From: Nemertoderma westbladi
Lineage: Eukaryota > Animalia > Xenacoelomorpha
Reading direction: 5' to 3'
DNA length: 64,000 nt
Assembly: GCA_032718475.1 (NCBI GenBank)
Contig: JAUCBJ010006460.1
Location: 2,639 to 66,638, forward strand
This document shows positions 63,554 to 64,000 of this stretch, one piece after another. How positions within the stretch are numbered: position 1 is the first letter of the stretch; every line of letters begins with the position of its first letter. The translations under genes were made by a program, and so were the position numbers. The notes under the pieces are model-generated. The model was not told the origin of the DNA. It did not search any database and worked only from the letters and a program-made list of their open reading frames with translations.

Positions 63554-64000
63554 CTTTTATTTATTAATACCTATTTATTTATATTTAATTTTAATAAAGT
63601 AAAGTAAATAGAACATATATATTGTACAGGATAACACAATATTAAAGTAACGAACAAACAATTAAAAGCAAAGTTAACAATCGCACCACCAAGGAATAGA
63701 GAAGAATGCCACCACCAAATCAATAATTATCTGTAAGTCAGACCCACGCAGACCAGCTCCGTCCCCAAACCCGAGACACCTCCAGGACCGCCGACCCCCA
63801 CACAAACACAGGGAGTTGGAGCGGAGGAGCGCGAACTGAAGCCGCCTCCGAACTCCCCCGAGAACGCAAGCAAGGCCACGTTCCCGCATCCCCTGCCGCC
63901 AGGCAACGAGGGTCTCAGCGAGGTGGCGGATCAGGATCTCCGCCTCCTTGCACCACACCCCGTCGGTGGTTACCTACTAGGGGGGTGAAGGAGATTCTCC
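63554..64000 (-). mobile_element. 3' end of a CRE-like non-LTR retrotransposon (restriction-like endonuclease C-terminus and 3' UTR)
   Basis: ISFTPLV/VTTDGVWCKEAEILIRHLAE...VRRRLQFALLRSNSLCL.G.R, followed by an A-rich 3' end. Confidence 0.7.

Overview
Eukaryotic (probably invertebrate animal) repeat-dense window with no recognisable host gene; nearly all of it is nested transposable elements. It holds remnants of four BEL/Pao-type LTR retrotransposons from three divergent lineages: A 4766-13043 (-), B 21419-32298 (-), C ~32299-43271 (-) and D ~52417-61983 (+). Each carries a large accessory ORF near its 3' end (downstream of pol in A, C and D; pol is lost in B) that fuses an RNase D/WRN-like (DEDDy) 3'-5' exonuclease to CCHC zinc knuckles. 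Each lineage also carries its own short tetraloop hairpin repeated across coding and non-coding parts of the element. A second LTR family (three LTR copies) has no tRNA primer-binding site and instead shows covarying LTR/leader complementarity, as in Tf1/Sushi self-priming. Other elements are an Academ-like transposase split by four nested layers, a Kolobok-type element, three copies of a TTAA piggyBac-like MITE, two RTE LINE fragments, a Nin/Deu-domain SINE, a CRE-like 3' end and a 3.7-kb 33-bp minisatellite. All family assignments come from motifs read by eye; no searches were run.
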